Below are positions 39,644-57,171 of a stretch of 64,000 bases of DNA, piece after piece. This DNA comes from Eledone cirrhosa (taxonomy: Eukaryota). The stretch spans positions 340,938,001 to 341,002,000 of the forward strand of contig OZ024742.1 in NCBI GenBank assembly GCA_964016885.1, in the 5' to 3' direction. The translations under genes and the position numbers were made by a program. A model generated the notes under the pieces. That model made no database searches and was not told where the DNA came from. It was given only the letters and a program-made list of their open reading frames with translations. Numbering within the stretch: position 1 is the stretch's first letter; the number at the start of each line of letters is the position of its first letter.

Positions 39644-40311
39644 TAAAAATAAAAATAAAAATAAAAATAAACCACAAAGAACAACCCTTCAAAGTTAATT
39701 GACAATATATTGCCAAGTTCATTACAAGACAAAGCCAAAAATTATCTATCAAATCACATCTAGCAAAGAATATCGCAAAAATATTATGATGTTCAATTAT
39801 GTCTACATATGTTCCTATATTTAATATAGAAGTTTATCTAGTGTAAGGTTAATTCAAAAAATTTGGAGCATCGGCTTTTAGGGTAGCTTAATTTTTCATG
39901 AGGAATGTTTAGATAAAAATAAAAATAAATAAAATAAAATAAACAATAAAAAGAGTAAAAAGAGGGAATCAAAGATTTAGGAATCAAAAGATTTATCGGG
40001 TAGTTCTCATATAAATATAAATCAAACTAAATATACTACATTTTAAATTTAAATTTATATTTAAACGTTGAGTTTAATCTATGTTTGCAACAACTGAATA
40101 AATTTGTCCGTAGGTTAAGGGAATTTTTAGATTTTAGTATAAAGAATATCTCCTCTGCGCAGAGGTCACATGTCTCAGAGGATGAATTAAAAGGAATCCC
40201 TCTTGAGACTATATTCCAAGCCGTCGAATATCTAACGTTATCTAGCTTAAGTTGCCAGAGTACCCCTGATAGTGCCGTTGAAGATTTTTTATTTGGATCT
40301 GTGAAAGAATT
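38353..40311 (-). mobile_element. 5'-truncated Hydra-like PLE with ~1.7-kb AT-rich 3' UTR, no inverted arm
   Basis: 40036-40310 (-) translates as STALSGVLWQLK..W.IV..CDLCAEE..LNLRTNLFSCCKHR (EN C-terminus, not in the ORF track); HHR and tail at the left end. Confidence 0.85.
38487..38550 (-). ncRNA. Type I hammerhead ribozyme
   Basis: attttgt CTGATGA [stem II] GAAA tatata TA atgaaat. Confidence 0.7.
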
Positions 40312-40523
40312 CTATATATATATATATCTCTCTATATATATATATCTCTCTATATATCTCTATATCTCTATATATATATATCTCTATATATATATATATA
40401 TATCTATATATATATATCTCTATATATATCTATATATATATATATATCTATATCTATATATATATATATATCTGTATATATATATATATATCTATATATA
40501 TATATATATATATATATATAGAT

Positions 40524-40638
<115 letters not shown>

Positions 40639-40843
40639 TATATAATCTATATATTTATATATCTATATATATATATCTATATCTATATATATATATATAT
40701 ATATCTATATATATATATATATCTAATATATATATATATATATAGATATAGATATATAATCTATATATTTATATATCTATATATATATATCTATATCTAT
40801 ATCTATATATATATATCTATATATATATATATCTATATATATA

Positions 40844-40876
<33 letters not shown>

Positions 40877-40995
40877 ATATATATATATCTATATATCTAT
40901 ATCTATATATATATCTATATATATATATATCTATATATATATCTATATATATCTATATATCTATATATATATCTATATATATATATATCTATCTA

Positions 40996-41056
<61 letters not shown>

Positions 41057-41175
41057 ATATATATATCTATATATATATATATCTATATATATATATATAT
41101 CTATATATATATATATATATATCTATATATATATATATCTATATATATATACATATCTCTATATATATATATATA

Positions 41176-41210
<35 letters not shown>

Positions 41211-41213
41211 ATA

Positions 41214-41354
<141 letters not shown>

Positions 41355-41357
41355 ATA

Positions 41358-41534
<177 letters not shown>

Positions 41535-41650
41535 ATATATATATATATATATATCTATATATATCTATATATATATATATATATCTCTATATATATATGT
41601 ATATATCTATATCTATATATATATATATATCTATATATATATATATATAT

Positions 41651-42789
41651 AAAAACAAATAACGAAACGAAATTAAATTTCGTTTCGCTTCTAACTCACT
41701 TTTGTATGACTGACGCTTAAACAATTAAGTTAAAGTGTACATCTACATATGTATACGGAAGTATTAGTATGCATATAAATACACACATGTATACATCTGT
41801 ACATGTACTCAGTTTTTTCACTAGACACTTTACAGTGAGTGTCAGCTAGTCTGTATGTAACCACACAGACGGACCGGGTTTTAGAGTCATACGAGGTTTC
41901 AAGGAAACACATTTCCTCTATTCTCCAGAGTGCCAGACAGGAATATTGGACTAGTTTCGATGTTATTACATCTCATCAGCAATATTTACCCATCTTCCGT
42001 CTTCTCTGGAGAATTGTAAAAGCACATATCGTTATATGCTTTTTCTATGAAAATTAGTAGTGGGTAGACTAATTTGCATAGAACGTGAGTCATTGTACGC
42101 ACCGGTTCAGCGGAAACGATAAAAACAAATAACGAAACGAAATTAAATTTCCTTTCGCTTCTAACTCACTTTTGTATGACTGACGCTTAAACAATTAAGT
42201 TAAAGTGTACATCTACATATGTATACGGAAGTATTAGTATGCATATAAATACACACATGTATACATCTGTACATGTACTCAGTTTTTTCACTAGACACTT
42301 TACAGTGAGTGTCAGCTAGTCTGTATGTAACCACACAGACGGACCGGGTTTTAGAGTCATACGAGGTTTCAAGGAAACACATTTCCTCTATTCTCCAGAG
42401 TGCCAGACAGGAATATTGGACTAGTTTCGATGTTATTACATCTCATCAGCAATATTTACCCATCTTCCGTCTTCTCTGGAGAATTGTAAAAGCACATATC
42501 GTTATATGCTTTTTCTATAAAAATTAGTAGTGGGTAGACTAATTTGCATAGAACGTGAGTCATTGTACGCACCGGTTCAGCGGAAACGATAAAAACAAAT
42601 AACGAAACGAAATTAAATTTCCTTTCGCTTCTAACTCACTTTTGTATGACTGACGCTTAAACAATTAAGTTAAAGTGTACATCTACATATGTATACGGAA
42701 GTATTAGTATGCATATAAATACACACATGTATACATCTGTACATGTACTCAGTTTTTTCACTAGACACTTTACAGTGAGTGTCAGCTAG

Positions 42790-42790
<1 letters not shown>
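41651..42790 (-). mobile_element. Non-coding 470-bp head-to-tail repeat (~2.4 units) with an HHR per full unit; retrozyme-like
   Basis: Units start at 41651, 42121 and 42591 and are near-identical; (TA)n flanks; no credible ORF. Confidence 0.8.
41920..42014 (-). ncRNA. Type I hammerhead with extended bulged stem I (core 41942-41986); second copy 42390-42484
   Basis: attctccagag..agatggg-ta-aatattg CTGATGA gatgt-aata-acatc GAAA ctag TC caatatt-cctgtct..ctctggagaat; GUC cleavage triplet. Confidence 0.9.
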
Positions 42791-42853
<63 letters not shown>

Positions 42854-42873
42854 TATATATATATATATATATA

Positions 42874-42904
<31 letters not shown>

Positions 42905-42925
42905 CTATTTATATATATATATATA

Positions 42926-42958
<33 letters not shown>

Positions 42959-42979
42959 CTATTTATATATATATATCTA

Positions 42980-43088
<109 letters not shown>

Positions 43089-43115
43089 CTATATCTATTT
43101 ATATATATATATATC

Positions 43116-44091
43116 AGTGGAGACTCCACCGCAACATTCTATAGAAGGCTGGTACGCAGCAGGTGCGACGACGCCCTCGGAGAAGCCCTAGACATGGAGG
43201 AGGACGAACTGGCCGGCCTGTTCGGTAGGACATTCAGCTCGGGACCTATGGACAACTTCCAGAAGTCCCTGGCCTGGCAGTGCTACCGAGGAGCTTTACC
43301 CGTTCGAGAAAGGCTCTAAAGACACGGGCTCCCGGGTAGGGACCCCGCCAAAAAGATCTGTCCCAGATGCGTGTGCGACGAGGAAACCGTTGCACACGCA
43401 TTGGTACACTGCTCGGGCGTAGCCGATCTGTGGGTCTATGTCGAACAACTGCTGTCAAGGGTGGGACCGATCCGGTTGACCACCGAGTCTATTGTAATGA
43501 TCAAGCCGCTCCCCGCTTCAAAGATGAAGCAGAGGCGGTGTTTCTGTGCGTAATAGCCATGGCGAAAGAGGTTGTATGGTGGACGCGTCTGAAAGGACTG
43601 AGGTCAGGCACCTTTCTCTCTGGCCAACAACTGGTCCGTTTCTTCCGATATCATTTCGGAAGTAGGATCAGGAAGGAGAGAGAGGTGCTGCACCCCAGTC
43701 GTTTTAATGAAAGGTGGGTGAAAGTGGCGAGAATGGCCCGTGTGAATGGGCCTTCTCTTTACATGAGCCTGTAGGTGGAAAAGAGGAAGGAACGAGGGAG
43801 CACCCCCTCTCTGTGCTCTTGAGGAAAAGGGTTGCACACTTTTTTCGGGGGTGTGTGCGACCCCCAAGGCGCCTCCTCTCTATTGAGGATTTTGTTATAA
43901 ATTTTATTTTTTGTTATATTTTATAACAAAATCCTCTATTGAGGATTTTGTTATAATTCTATTTTTTGTTATATTTTATTTTATTTTTATATATTGTTAT
44001 TGCCTCCTCCCTATTGAGGACGCCTTGTTTTGTAAACTCCCCCCATTGTACTTGTCCCACTTTTGATGCCCTTGTGGCAAATAAAAGAAAC
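43116..44091 (+). mobile_element. Short 5'-truncated, mutated copy of the L1/Tx1 LINE
   Basis: Matches 31199-32121; premature TAA near 43317, frameshift near 43510, small 3' UTR duplication. Confidence 0.9.
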
Positions 44092-44096
44092 ATATC

Positions 44097-44184
<88 letters not shown>

Positions 44185-44233
44185 ATATATTTATATATAT
44201 ATATATCTATCTATATATCTATCTATATATATA

Positions 44234-47695
<3,462 letters not shown>

Positions 47696-47850
47696 ATATA
47701 TATATATATCTATATATATATATATATATATATATATCTATATATATCTATATATCTATATATCTATATATCTATATATATATATATCTATATATATATA
47801 TATATATATGTATATCTATATATATATATATATCTATATATATGTATATC

Positions 47851-47881
<31 letters not shown>

Positions 47882-47954
47882 CTATATATATATATATATA
47901 TCTATATATATATATATATATCTATATATATATATATATCTATATATATATATA

Positions 47955-48825
47955 GTATACTAGGGAGAGGATCAGGGGTGTATAACACTCTACTTATCCA
48001 GCAGGCAGTATAAGGTTAGCTCAATGTCCGAGGACAGAGCCGTGATATAATAAATAACAAAGAACGCCTATAGCATATGCATATCTTTACTTGCTAACAT
48101 TGTTTCATCCGCACTATAAGTGGGACTCATCAGAGCATAAAGGTTAATTACATACCATACAAGCAATAACAAATCCAAGACATTGAAGAATGAAAAATAA
48201 TAATAGACGATAAAGGATATTAAGGAAGTAAAAGTAAAAATAAAGGTAAGAATAAAAATAAAAATAAAAATAAAAATAAGAATAAGATAATAAAATAAAC
48301 AATGAAAAATAAGCAATGAAAAATAAGGGGTGTTATCAGTCACAGTTGGGCAGGGTGCTGTCAACATATAGTTACATACAAGCATACACATGGATAAGAG
48401 AACAGACAAGAGTAGCTAAGATAGATGGGATTAGGTAAGAGTAGGTAAAAAATAGGTGAAAAACAGACTTATAATATATATAAGAAAATATAAAGAAATA
48501 CATAACAAACTTACATATAAAATATAAAATATACAGATAATAGTGATACAGGGTAAGGAATGAGATAAAATAATATAAAGTTAAAATTAAAATTATATAA
48601 AATAGAACATAATATAATATAATCGTAAAATAAGATAAAATAAGGTAAACTAAAATCAAATAACATAGACTAAATTAAAATAATATAATATAAGATATAA
48701 TTAAATGTATAATTAAATGTAATTAAATGTAATTAAATAAATAGATAAATAAATAAATAAATAAATAAATAAAAATTAAAATTTAATAAATAAATAAAAT
48801 TAAAATTAAAATTTAAAATTTAAAT

Positions 48826-48857
<32 letters not shown>

Positions 48858-51083
48858 ATGGAGTTAAATAAGTAAATAAATAAAATTAGATAACATGAAA
48901 TGAAATAAAATAAAATAAAATGAAATAAAGTAAATTGAGATAAGATATATATTTTTTTAGAATATATCTCTTGAATATATCAGGGGCCCACGAAGGCACT
49001 AAGTGTCACAGTTATGTGTATCACTTGACCATTTTTTTAAAATATATTTCTTGAAAACATCAGCGGCCCACGAGAGTACTAAGTGTCACAGTCACCAGTA
49101 TCACTTGACCATTGCAAGGCAATGGAGGCGTCCCAGGTTGGGCAGTCTCAAAAGTTCACTCGAAAGTCGCGGGTGTGCATTCACACAGTTGAGCGGTGGG
49201 GTAATCACAAACCGGTTCACACCCGGGCAGGAGTCCAATGGTCAGAGAGAGGTGCATCGAAGGAAGGTAGAAGAATTCACGTGCATTAGCAAGCGAGGTG
49301 CAGGCGGGTTAGCCAAAGCAAGCAGACACAGTTGTAGCGCATACAAAAGATATATAAAAAGACAGAAGATATATAAAAAATAGCTTCAAGAGCCATTAAG
49401 TCACCGCATTGGGACATCACAAGATTGTACACATCAATATGTTCAGCACGTATATGCACATATACACACCACATGCATATGCAGAGACGGTATACATATA
49501 TATATATATATTTTTTTATATACAGACACATACAACCACCTACACCCATACACATATAAATGTATACACGGACACACACGCACACACACACACACACACA
49601 GCGTAGGACACCCGGGTCAAAGCTGATATTAAACACCGAAATACCACATTAGACCAGACCCACCACCACAGGTAATACATTCAAAATAAATACATACGAT
49701 GAGATGTAGTAAAATAAAGTTGAAATCCTACGGAGATATTCATGTCCGCACGTGCCATTGCCCGATTCAAGTGTACACAGACCGTTAGTAACTACGGAGG
49801 GCTATCGGGGCCAAAACGTTACTTTCGGGATCATAACAACGACCGTCAATATATGGAAGGCCGATCGTGCTAGAAAGACTACAACCCCGGGCAAGAGCTC
49901 CCAGAGGTCAGCCTGTAGAACTTAAACCACAGAATATGAGGGCAACACGTACATGCGCCACGTATCCACTGCTTACGGTGGGATGGCACAGGTCCGCCCA
50001 CAGTTACAGGCTAAATTTCTATTAGTGCAGCCTAAATCGCAGTACACGCTTTACATAAATACATTACATCACAACTCATGCGCATACAGAGGTACAGATC
50101 AACAAGATATACGTCAGGATAGACCCACCAATGCACCAATGGTGGGTAGGCGAGCGTGGATGGGTTACATCCACTGTGCCAAACAGGGGTGCTTATTAAC
50201 ATACACACCCATTCACCTGCACACCCCAATATCCAGATCAATATCCTCCCACAGGCATACGTATACATTCACCGACTCGTATTACTAGACGACCAACAAT
50301 AGGAGACAGTTACACACAGTCAGAGACAGTTACACAAGACAGCCCAACTGGAGGAATAAGGAAGTGCTAGCTAACAGGTTTAAAGTAGAAGAAAGAGCTT
50401 AATATTCGGTGGGGGCAAGAGGAAAATATTTCAGACTTTCTATTTAGTAGAGGGCATTTAGCAAATATAATAGAGTGGGATTCGGCAAGGCATAGGTTAC
50501 ATACTCTATTATGAGGAGTATATGGATGGGATTTAGCAACCTGCCGCCAAGTAAGTGTGTAATGTGTTCGTGCATTTTTTAAATTATGGACGTACGCTGC
50601 CAAGGAGGTGGAGTTCCTCAGTTTATTATGTCTAAAAGTGCATTGGTGAGAGTTAAACCTGGTCTTAAAGGGGGTGGAGGTTGATCCTATATAGGTCTTA
50701 GTGGACGCCGTAGTTACTACATCACACGCATAAACTATGTTTCTAACAAGGCAGAAACCATTCAGGGGGCAGCCTGAAGCCCTTCTACTGTGACTGATAG
50801 CACCCCTTATTTTTCATTGCTTATTTTTCATTGTTTATTATCTTATTCTTATTTTTATTTTTATTTTTATTTTTATTCTTACCTTTATTTTTACTTTTAC
50901 TTCCTTAATATCCTTTATCGTCTATTATTATTTTTCATTCTTCAATGTCTTGGATTTGTTATTGCTTGTATGGTATGTAATTAACCTTTATGCTCTGATG
51001 AGTCCCACTTATAGTGCGGATGAAACAATGTTAGCAAGTAAAGATATGCATATGCTATAGGCGTTCTTTGTTATTTATTATAT
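47955..51083 (-). mobile_element. 5'-truncated Hydra-like PLE with ~300-bp inverted arms (48045-48347 / 50787-51083), tail 47955-48044 and ~2.3-kb 3' UTR
   Basis: 50367-50775 (-) reads CPLNGFCLVRNIVYACDV..TYIGST..FKTRF..CNLCLAE..CPHR; HHR in both arms. Confidence 0.88.
50991..51036 (+). ncRNA. Minimal type I hammerhead (mirror 48092-48137, -)
   Basis: tgct CTGATGA gtcc-cac-ttata-gtg-c-ggat GAAA caatg TT agca. Confidence 0.75.
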
Positions 51084-51374
51084 ATATATATCTATCTATC
51101 TATATATATCTATATATATATATATATCTATATATATCTATATATATATATATATCTATATATAGCTATATATATATCTATATATAGCTATATATATATC
51201 TATATAGCTATATATATATATCTATATAGCTATATATATATATCTATATAGCTATATATATATATCTATATAGCTATATATATATATCTATATAGCTATA
51301 TAGCTATATATATATCTATATAGCTATATATCTATATATATCTATATAGATATATATAGATATAGATATATATG

Positions 51375-51476
51375 ACATTTGTACATTATTCTATGTACGA
51401 TACATGCACCTTTGATGAGTTGTAGTGCACCTGAGCACTGTACACAATAATTTCATTATTATTATTATTATTATTG
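51375..51476 (+). mobile_element. Probable RTE-type LINE/SINE 3' end with (ATT)n tail
   Basis: gtgcacctgagcactgtacacaataatttc followed by (att)n. Confidence 0.45.
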
Positions 51477-51516
51477 TATATAGCTATATATCTATATATA
51501 TCTATATAGCTATATA

Positions 51517-51561
<45 letters not shown>

Positions 51562-51604
51562 CTATATATCTCTCTCTCTATATATATATATATATAGCTA
51601 TATA

Positions 51605-51641
<37 letters not shown>

Positions 51642-51704
51642 ATCTATATATATATGTGTATCTATATATATATGTATCTATATATATCTATATCTATATA
51701 TATA

Positions 51705-51763
<59 letters not shown>

Positions 51764-51810
51764 ATATCTATATCTATATATATCTATATATATCTATATC
51801 TATATATATA

Positions 51811-51894
<84 letters not shown>

Positions 51895-51897
<3 letters not shown>

Positions 51898-52970
51898 CCA
51901 CTTAAAAATAAAGGTGGTAGAAAAGCCAGGAACCACCATAAAATACCTGATCAGCAAAACCTACCCTTTTAAGAAAACCCACTGTACCAATAGGAAATGT
52001 ATCATATGTAAGGTGAACCCCCGGATAAACTGTAAAACTAGAAACGTAGTCTATAGCATAAGATGTACAGAGGGTACTTGCAGAAACATGACAACAACAT
52101 ACATAGGTGAGACAGCTCGTAGCATAGGTGAAAGGATAGACCAACACTGGGGGGAACTAAAAGGACGAAAAAACTGGTCAGTACTATACGAACATGCTAG
52201 ACAACAACATGACGGTAACATAGACAACATAGAAATTAGAATAATATCTAAAAATAGGAATGACCCAGCAGATAGGCAAATCAGAGAGGCCAGTGAAATA
52301 GAAATTAGAAGACCAAAGCTAAACAGAAAGAATGAGTGGAACAACAACAACACCCAAACAAACAACACTGACCTAAGAGAAGTATAAATAAGTAAATAAA
52401 ATAAAATAAAATAAGATAAATAAATACATACACAAGCACAATAACAAGCACATAAACACACACTAGTCACCCAGCAGACACAACACTATACACACTAGTC
52501 ACACAGCACACATAACACTATACACACACGCAAACGCATGCGCAAAGAAGACAAAATAAAATAAGATAAACAAACAAGCAAATAAATAAATAAATATATA
52601 GACAGACTGAATAAAAAATGGCGTAGACATACAACACAACAGGAGGAACAAAGAATATAACACCACTGACGATGTTGCAGATGTGCAACGAAAGATTTAT
52701 GTAAATTATGTAAACTATATATATGTGTTTGTGCCTATATTGTATCTGTATTATTTTTGACCGTCGGTCAGTCAATGGCAACATTGAGGACCGAGTAAGT
52801 TAGATCGCAGATATAAAAGACAGCGAGAAGCGAAGACCAACCAAACAGTGAGTGTGTTCTGTTATTAATTCTGGCAATATTACGCAAATATGACCCTCCC
52901 CAAGTATAACAATATCTGTTTCGACACACGATTTCATATAAAAAACCTCGCTAAACTAATTCATCGCCGC
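51895..52970 (+). mobile_element. 5'-truncated Nematis-like PLE (EN fragment 51895-52387, degenerate HHR 52664-52701, tail)
   Basis: CTNRKCIIC..NVVYSIRC..YIGETARS..ER..H; CTGACGA t-gttgca-gatg-tgcaac GAAA; 3' end homologous to 3323-3410 (reverse complement). Confidence 0.88.
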
Positions 52971-53006
52971 TATATATATATATATATCTATATATATCTA
53001 TATATA

Positions 53007-53043
<37 letters not shown>

Positions 53044-53142
53044 CTATATATATATAACTATATATATATAACTATATATATATAACTATATATATATAAC
53101 TATATATATATATATATCTATATATATATATCTATATATATA

Positions 53143-53229
<87 letters not shown>

Positions 53230-53231
<2 letters not shown>

Positions 53232-53380
53232 GGACGAGAGAAGAATACCTTCGCAGTGGAAAGAGTCGAATACCATCCTACTATACAAGAAGGGTGATAG
53301 AGAAGATCTGAAGAACTACCGATCCATATGCCTGCTGTCTCACGTGTACAAGCTGTTCAGGAAGATAATCCTGAACAGGT
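53230..53380 (+). pseudogene. RTE-type RT fragment
   Basis: [39 protein letters not shown]. Confidence 0.75.
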
Positions 53381-53471
53381 TATATACGTATATATATATA
53401 TACCTATCTGTCTAATAAAGAAAGATATCTATCTATCTATCTATCTATCTGTTTGTCTATCTACCTACCTA

Positions 53472-55300
53472 TTGGATCAAAGCAATGCACACCCACATCT
53501 GCTCGAAGGTCAAGGTGAACGGCTACCTTTCGGAGCCGTTCTCAATCACGCTTTCCATCCGGCATTGATGTCCTCTCTCCTCCATTCTGTACGTATTGAC
53601 TCTAAAGCCATTACTGCGGAAGTTGGAGCTTCTGGATGGCATCCCGTTGGAACCGCGAATGCGGAAAGCGGCGTCGGCTTATGCCGACGACATGATAGTA
53701 TTGGTGTCGGAAACCTCGGAAATCGGGGCAATCGGCAACTTACTGCAGGAATACGAAAAACTGAAAGGAGCAAAACTGAACCCGGACAAGTCTGTCGGTT
53801 TGCAACTCGGAACGTGAAGAAGCAAGCCGATGCCATCCAACAGTGTCGTTTGACGCTGGACGGAAGGACCGGTGAAATTGCTCGTGATCTGGTTCGGTCC
53901 GGACTTCCAGGTGGAGAAAAACTGGAACGAGGTCATGGCCAAGGTATTTGCGCTCACCCAGAAGTGGGCAGAGTGCAAACTATCTTTGAAAGGTCGAGCG
54001 GAGGTGGCGATCACTTTCATAGCGTCCGTCATCTACTACCGCTTGACCGTCGTGCCCTGTCTCCGTGAATACATCACCAATATGGAACGATTGCTCTTCC
54101 AGTTCCTTTGGAAGAAGCAGGCTCTACTGGTGAGGAGATCCGTCTGCTGTCAGCAGCTTTCCAACGGAGGGCTGGGAATGCCATGGCTGATGATGCGCAA
54201 ATACGCGCTGAGGCTACGGCACCTCCAGGTATTCCTCACGAAACAACCGGTGTGGACCCCGTTTGTGAGACAGGCCTTCCCGCAACTTATCTCGCTGACG
54301 GAGATGCAGTCCTGGGTCAAGAGGAGACCGAAGAAAATGGGCGCCTGGCACATTGAATGCGCTCAGGCGTTCACAGTCCTCTTTCAAGCGGGCACAGCAA
54401 TCAGTGGAGACTCCACTTCGACATTCTATAGAGGGTTAGTACGTTACAAGTACGACGACATGCTCGGAGAGACTCTGTGCGTCGAAGGCGGCGAGCACAC
54501 CAGTCTGTTCGGTAGGACTTTCCGCCCGGGACCCATGGACAACTTCTAGAGGTCCATGGCCTGGCAGTGCTACCGAGGAGCTCTATCAGTTCGAGGCGAG
54601 ATCTACAGGAACGGACGCCCCGGCAAGGATCCTTATAAGAGGACATGTCCAAGATGCGAGCGGGACATTGAAACCGTCTTGCACGCAATTGTACACTGCC
54701 CGGACGTAACCGACCTGTGGAACCACGCAGAACAACTGCTGTCACGTATGGGACAAATCCAGTTGACTGCCAAGTCCATAGTAAGGATCAAACCACCAAC
54801 TTCTTTCAAAAACGAAAGAGAGGTGGTTTTCCTCTGTATAGTGGCTATGGTAAAAAAGATTATATGGTGGACGAGATTGAGAGGACTGAGGACAGATGCC
54901 TTTTTCTCCGGACAACAACTCATTCCCTTCTTTAGGTACTACTTTAGAAGGAGAATCAGAGTGGAGAGAGAGGCGCTGCACTCCAGTAAATTTACTGAAG
55001 GGTGGGAGAATGTAGCAAAAATGGCCCGAGTGATTGGGCCTTCTCTTTATATAAACCTGAAGGTTGAAGATGAGAACAAAAGGAGGAAAGGAGCACTTGC
55101 ACAACACGCTCCTGGAGTTGAGGGTTGTTCTATCTACGGGGTATTAAACAACCCATTTGTAACGCCTCCCCCCTATTGGGGATTTAGATTGTTGAATTTG
55201 TTTGTTTAATTTTTTTTTTTTACACGATTGTATATAAATCCCCGGCATATGTCCTTGTATTGTTCCCTTTACTTGTGCGCCCTTGTGGCAAATAAAGCAA
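53472..55300 (+). mobile_element. Older diverged relative of the L1/Tx1 LINE, 5'-truncated and degraded
   Basis: Colinear with ORF2 30176-31858 ([19 protein letters not shown]), with stops and frameshifts; similar 3' end ggcaaataaag. Confidence 0.88.
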
Positions 55301-55555
55301 TATATCTATCTATCCTATCTACGTACATTTTCGTTGTTGATTAGTTATAAATATATATTCTAACTCTGTATATTATAAACATTAGATTATATTCTATACA
55401 GAAATATATACGGACTGTTGTTTTTATTGTTTCCACTTTCTTTTCTTTGTAGAATATTCCATTTCAATTCCAATTTGTGCCAACTTAATTAATTTCTGCA
55501 TATTTAGAAGAGACAAATAATTCTTCTTTTAAATAAAAGTATATATTTATTATAG

Positions 55556-56065
55556 ACGGTGAATGAGCAGGGTCGTTAGAATGTTGGATAGAATGCTTTG
55601 TGGTATCCGTTTCAACTGAGGTCAACTTTGCCTTTCATCCTTTCCTTCCAGATCGATAAAAATGTACCAGTCCAATACTGGGTCATTTTTTCCTCTATAT
55701 CTCTTTCTCCCTTCTTTTCTCTATCACTCTCTCTTCTTTGGAAGAAATAGGCTGTGTTCAGATCTTGAGAGGGGACGGAATGAGCCCATGAGAAACTAAT
55801 AGAAAAATGGCAGAATAGTAATTATTAGGATTTCTGGATCCTCTACACATTGGTTTCTGATTTAGGCACAAGGCCAATAATATTGGAGGAGGGGGAAGTC
55901 GATTAAGTCGACCCCAGCGCGTTACTGGTACTTTATTTTATCAACCCAGTAAGGATGAACGACAAACTAAGCTCCGCGAGATTTGACCTCAGATCGTAAT
56001 GGGGCGTAACTCTATGCCATAAAGCATATTGCCCGACGCTCAAGCGATACTGCTAATCCCCTTCC
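55556..56065. mobile_element. tRNA-derived SINE copies (~55556-55690 +, ~55850-56065 -); further remnants near 56855-56950 and 58155-58420
   Basis: Shared core gcctttcatcc..gataaaa..accagt / gaccccagcgcgttactggtact. Confidence 0.6.
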
Positions 56066-56974
56066 CTGGATCTTCTATACGTTTTCGAGTCTCAAAAAGA
56101 ACCTTAGACAGGCAGTATGTTTTCTGAGTATAGTATTTGTGCAGTGCCCAGCAACTCGGATTTTTATAAAAGAACAATTTGTGTCTTAAGGCCATGATAA
56201 ACTTTTGCTTTCATGGATATGCAACTAAGGGATATGCCCCTCACCTTGGTCGATCAACACGACAAAATGACGACCATTCAAAACTACCTTTTTACAAATG
56301 ATATGTCTACAATATAAATGTTATTCATTGATGAAATCTCTAACAGTTCGAAATACAATAAAGAAATACCAAATTCTGAATTTTGATAGTCTTTAATTTG
56401 TGGGAATGAGAAGAATAGCTTCAATATGTTTGACAGTTGTGACATTTTGTTTATCAACACAAAGTATTGACTAGAGTTATTTTTAGCTCAACGTCGAAAC
56501 GGAAGCTTTCGAAAATAATCCATTTACCTTATATTACAAAAAAACCTGTTTGGTTTGTTGTAATGGCTATCACAGACATGTGATATAAGGATAATGCTTG
56601 GTTCAATTCCCGCAAGCAACTCTGTCCACCTTTTGTTTCTACAAACTTACCTAAGGCTTCGTAAATAAATCAATGTTTCTCAATTTACATTACATGTTAC
56701 CCGAATTTTACTAGAAATCGCGAGGAAAAATTTTAAAAAGGTGGATTATGTAGAATGGTCACATTTGGGTCGCATTTCATTATACGTTTCAATGTAGCCG
56801 GGGTGAACTTTGCATCACATTCTATCGAGGTTGATAAAATAAAGTTTATATTGTTAGCTGTAGAATGGCAAAACTGGTAGAGCGTTGGACGGGATGCCTT
56901 GTGGTATTTGTCTCTGGTTCTTTGTGTTCTGAGTTCAAATTTCACTCTGGCTTCCTTGGATGGGGTAGAATTAA

Positions 56975-57171
56975 CCTGTCACTCAGATTAACGCCACCTC
57001 TTGACCTTTCGTGCATTTAGCAGTCTTCTTTGTTACAAACTTTCCCGTGAGATCTCGTGTTTGAGCTTATACTCGTCTCTCTTTTCTACCAAGAAGGCCA
57101 CAACTACTGCCCACCCCCAATGACTAAACTATAAGAAAAGAAAACAAAAACCTTCTTGGGGTGACCAGGGG
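56975..57171. mobile_element. Possible piggyBac-type MITE
   Basis: TTAA|cctgtcac ... gtgaccagggg|TTAA, imperfect TIRs. Confidence 0.35.

Noticed and set aside
41730-42527. Duplicated 60-72 aa ORFs in the 470-bp repeat
   Set aside because: Short, no recognisable motifs, and identical only because of the repeat.
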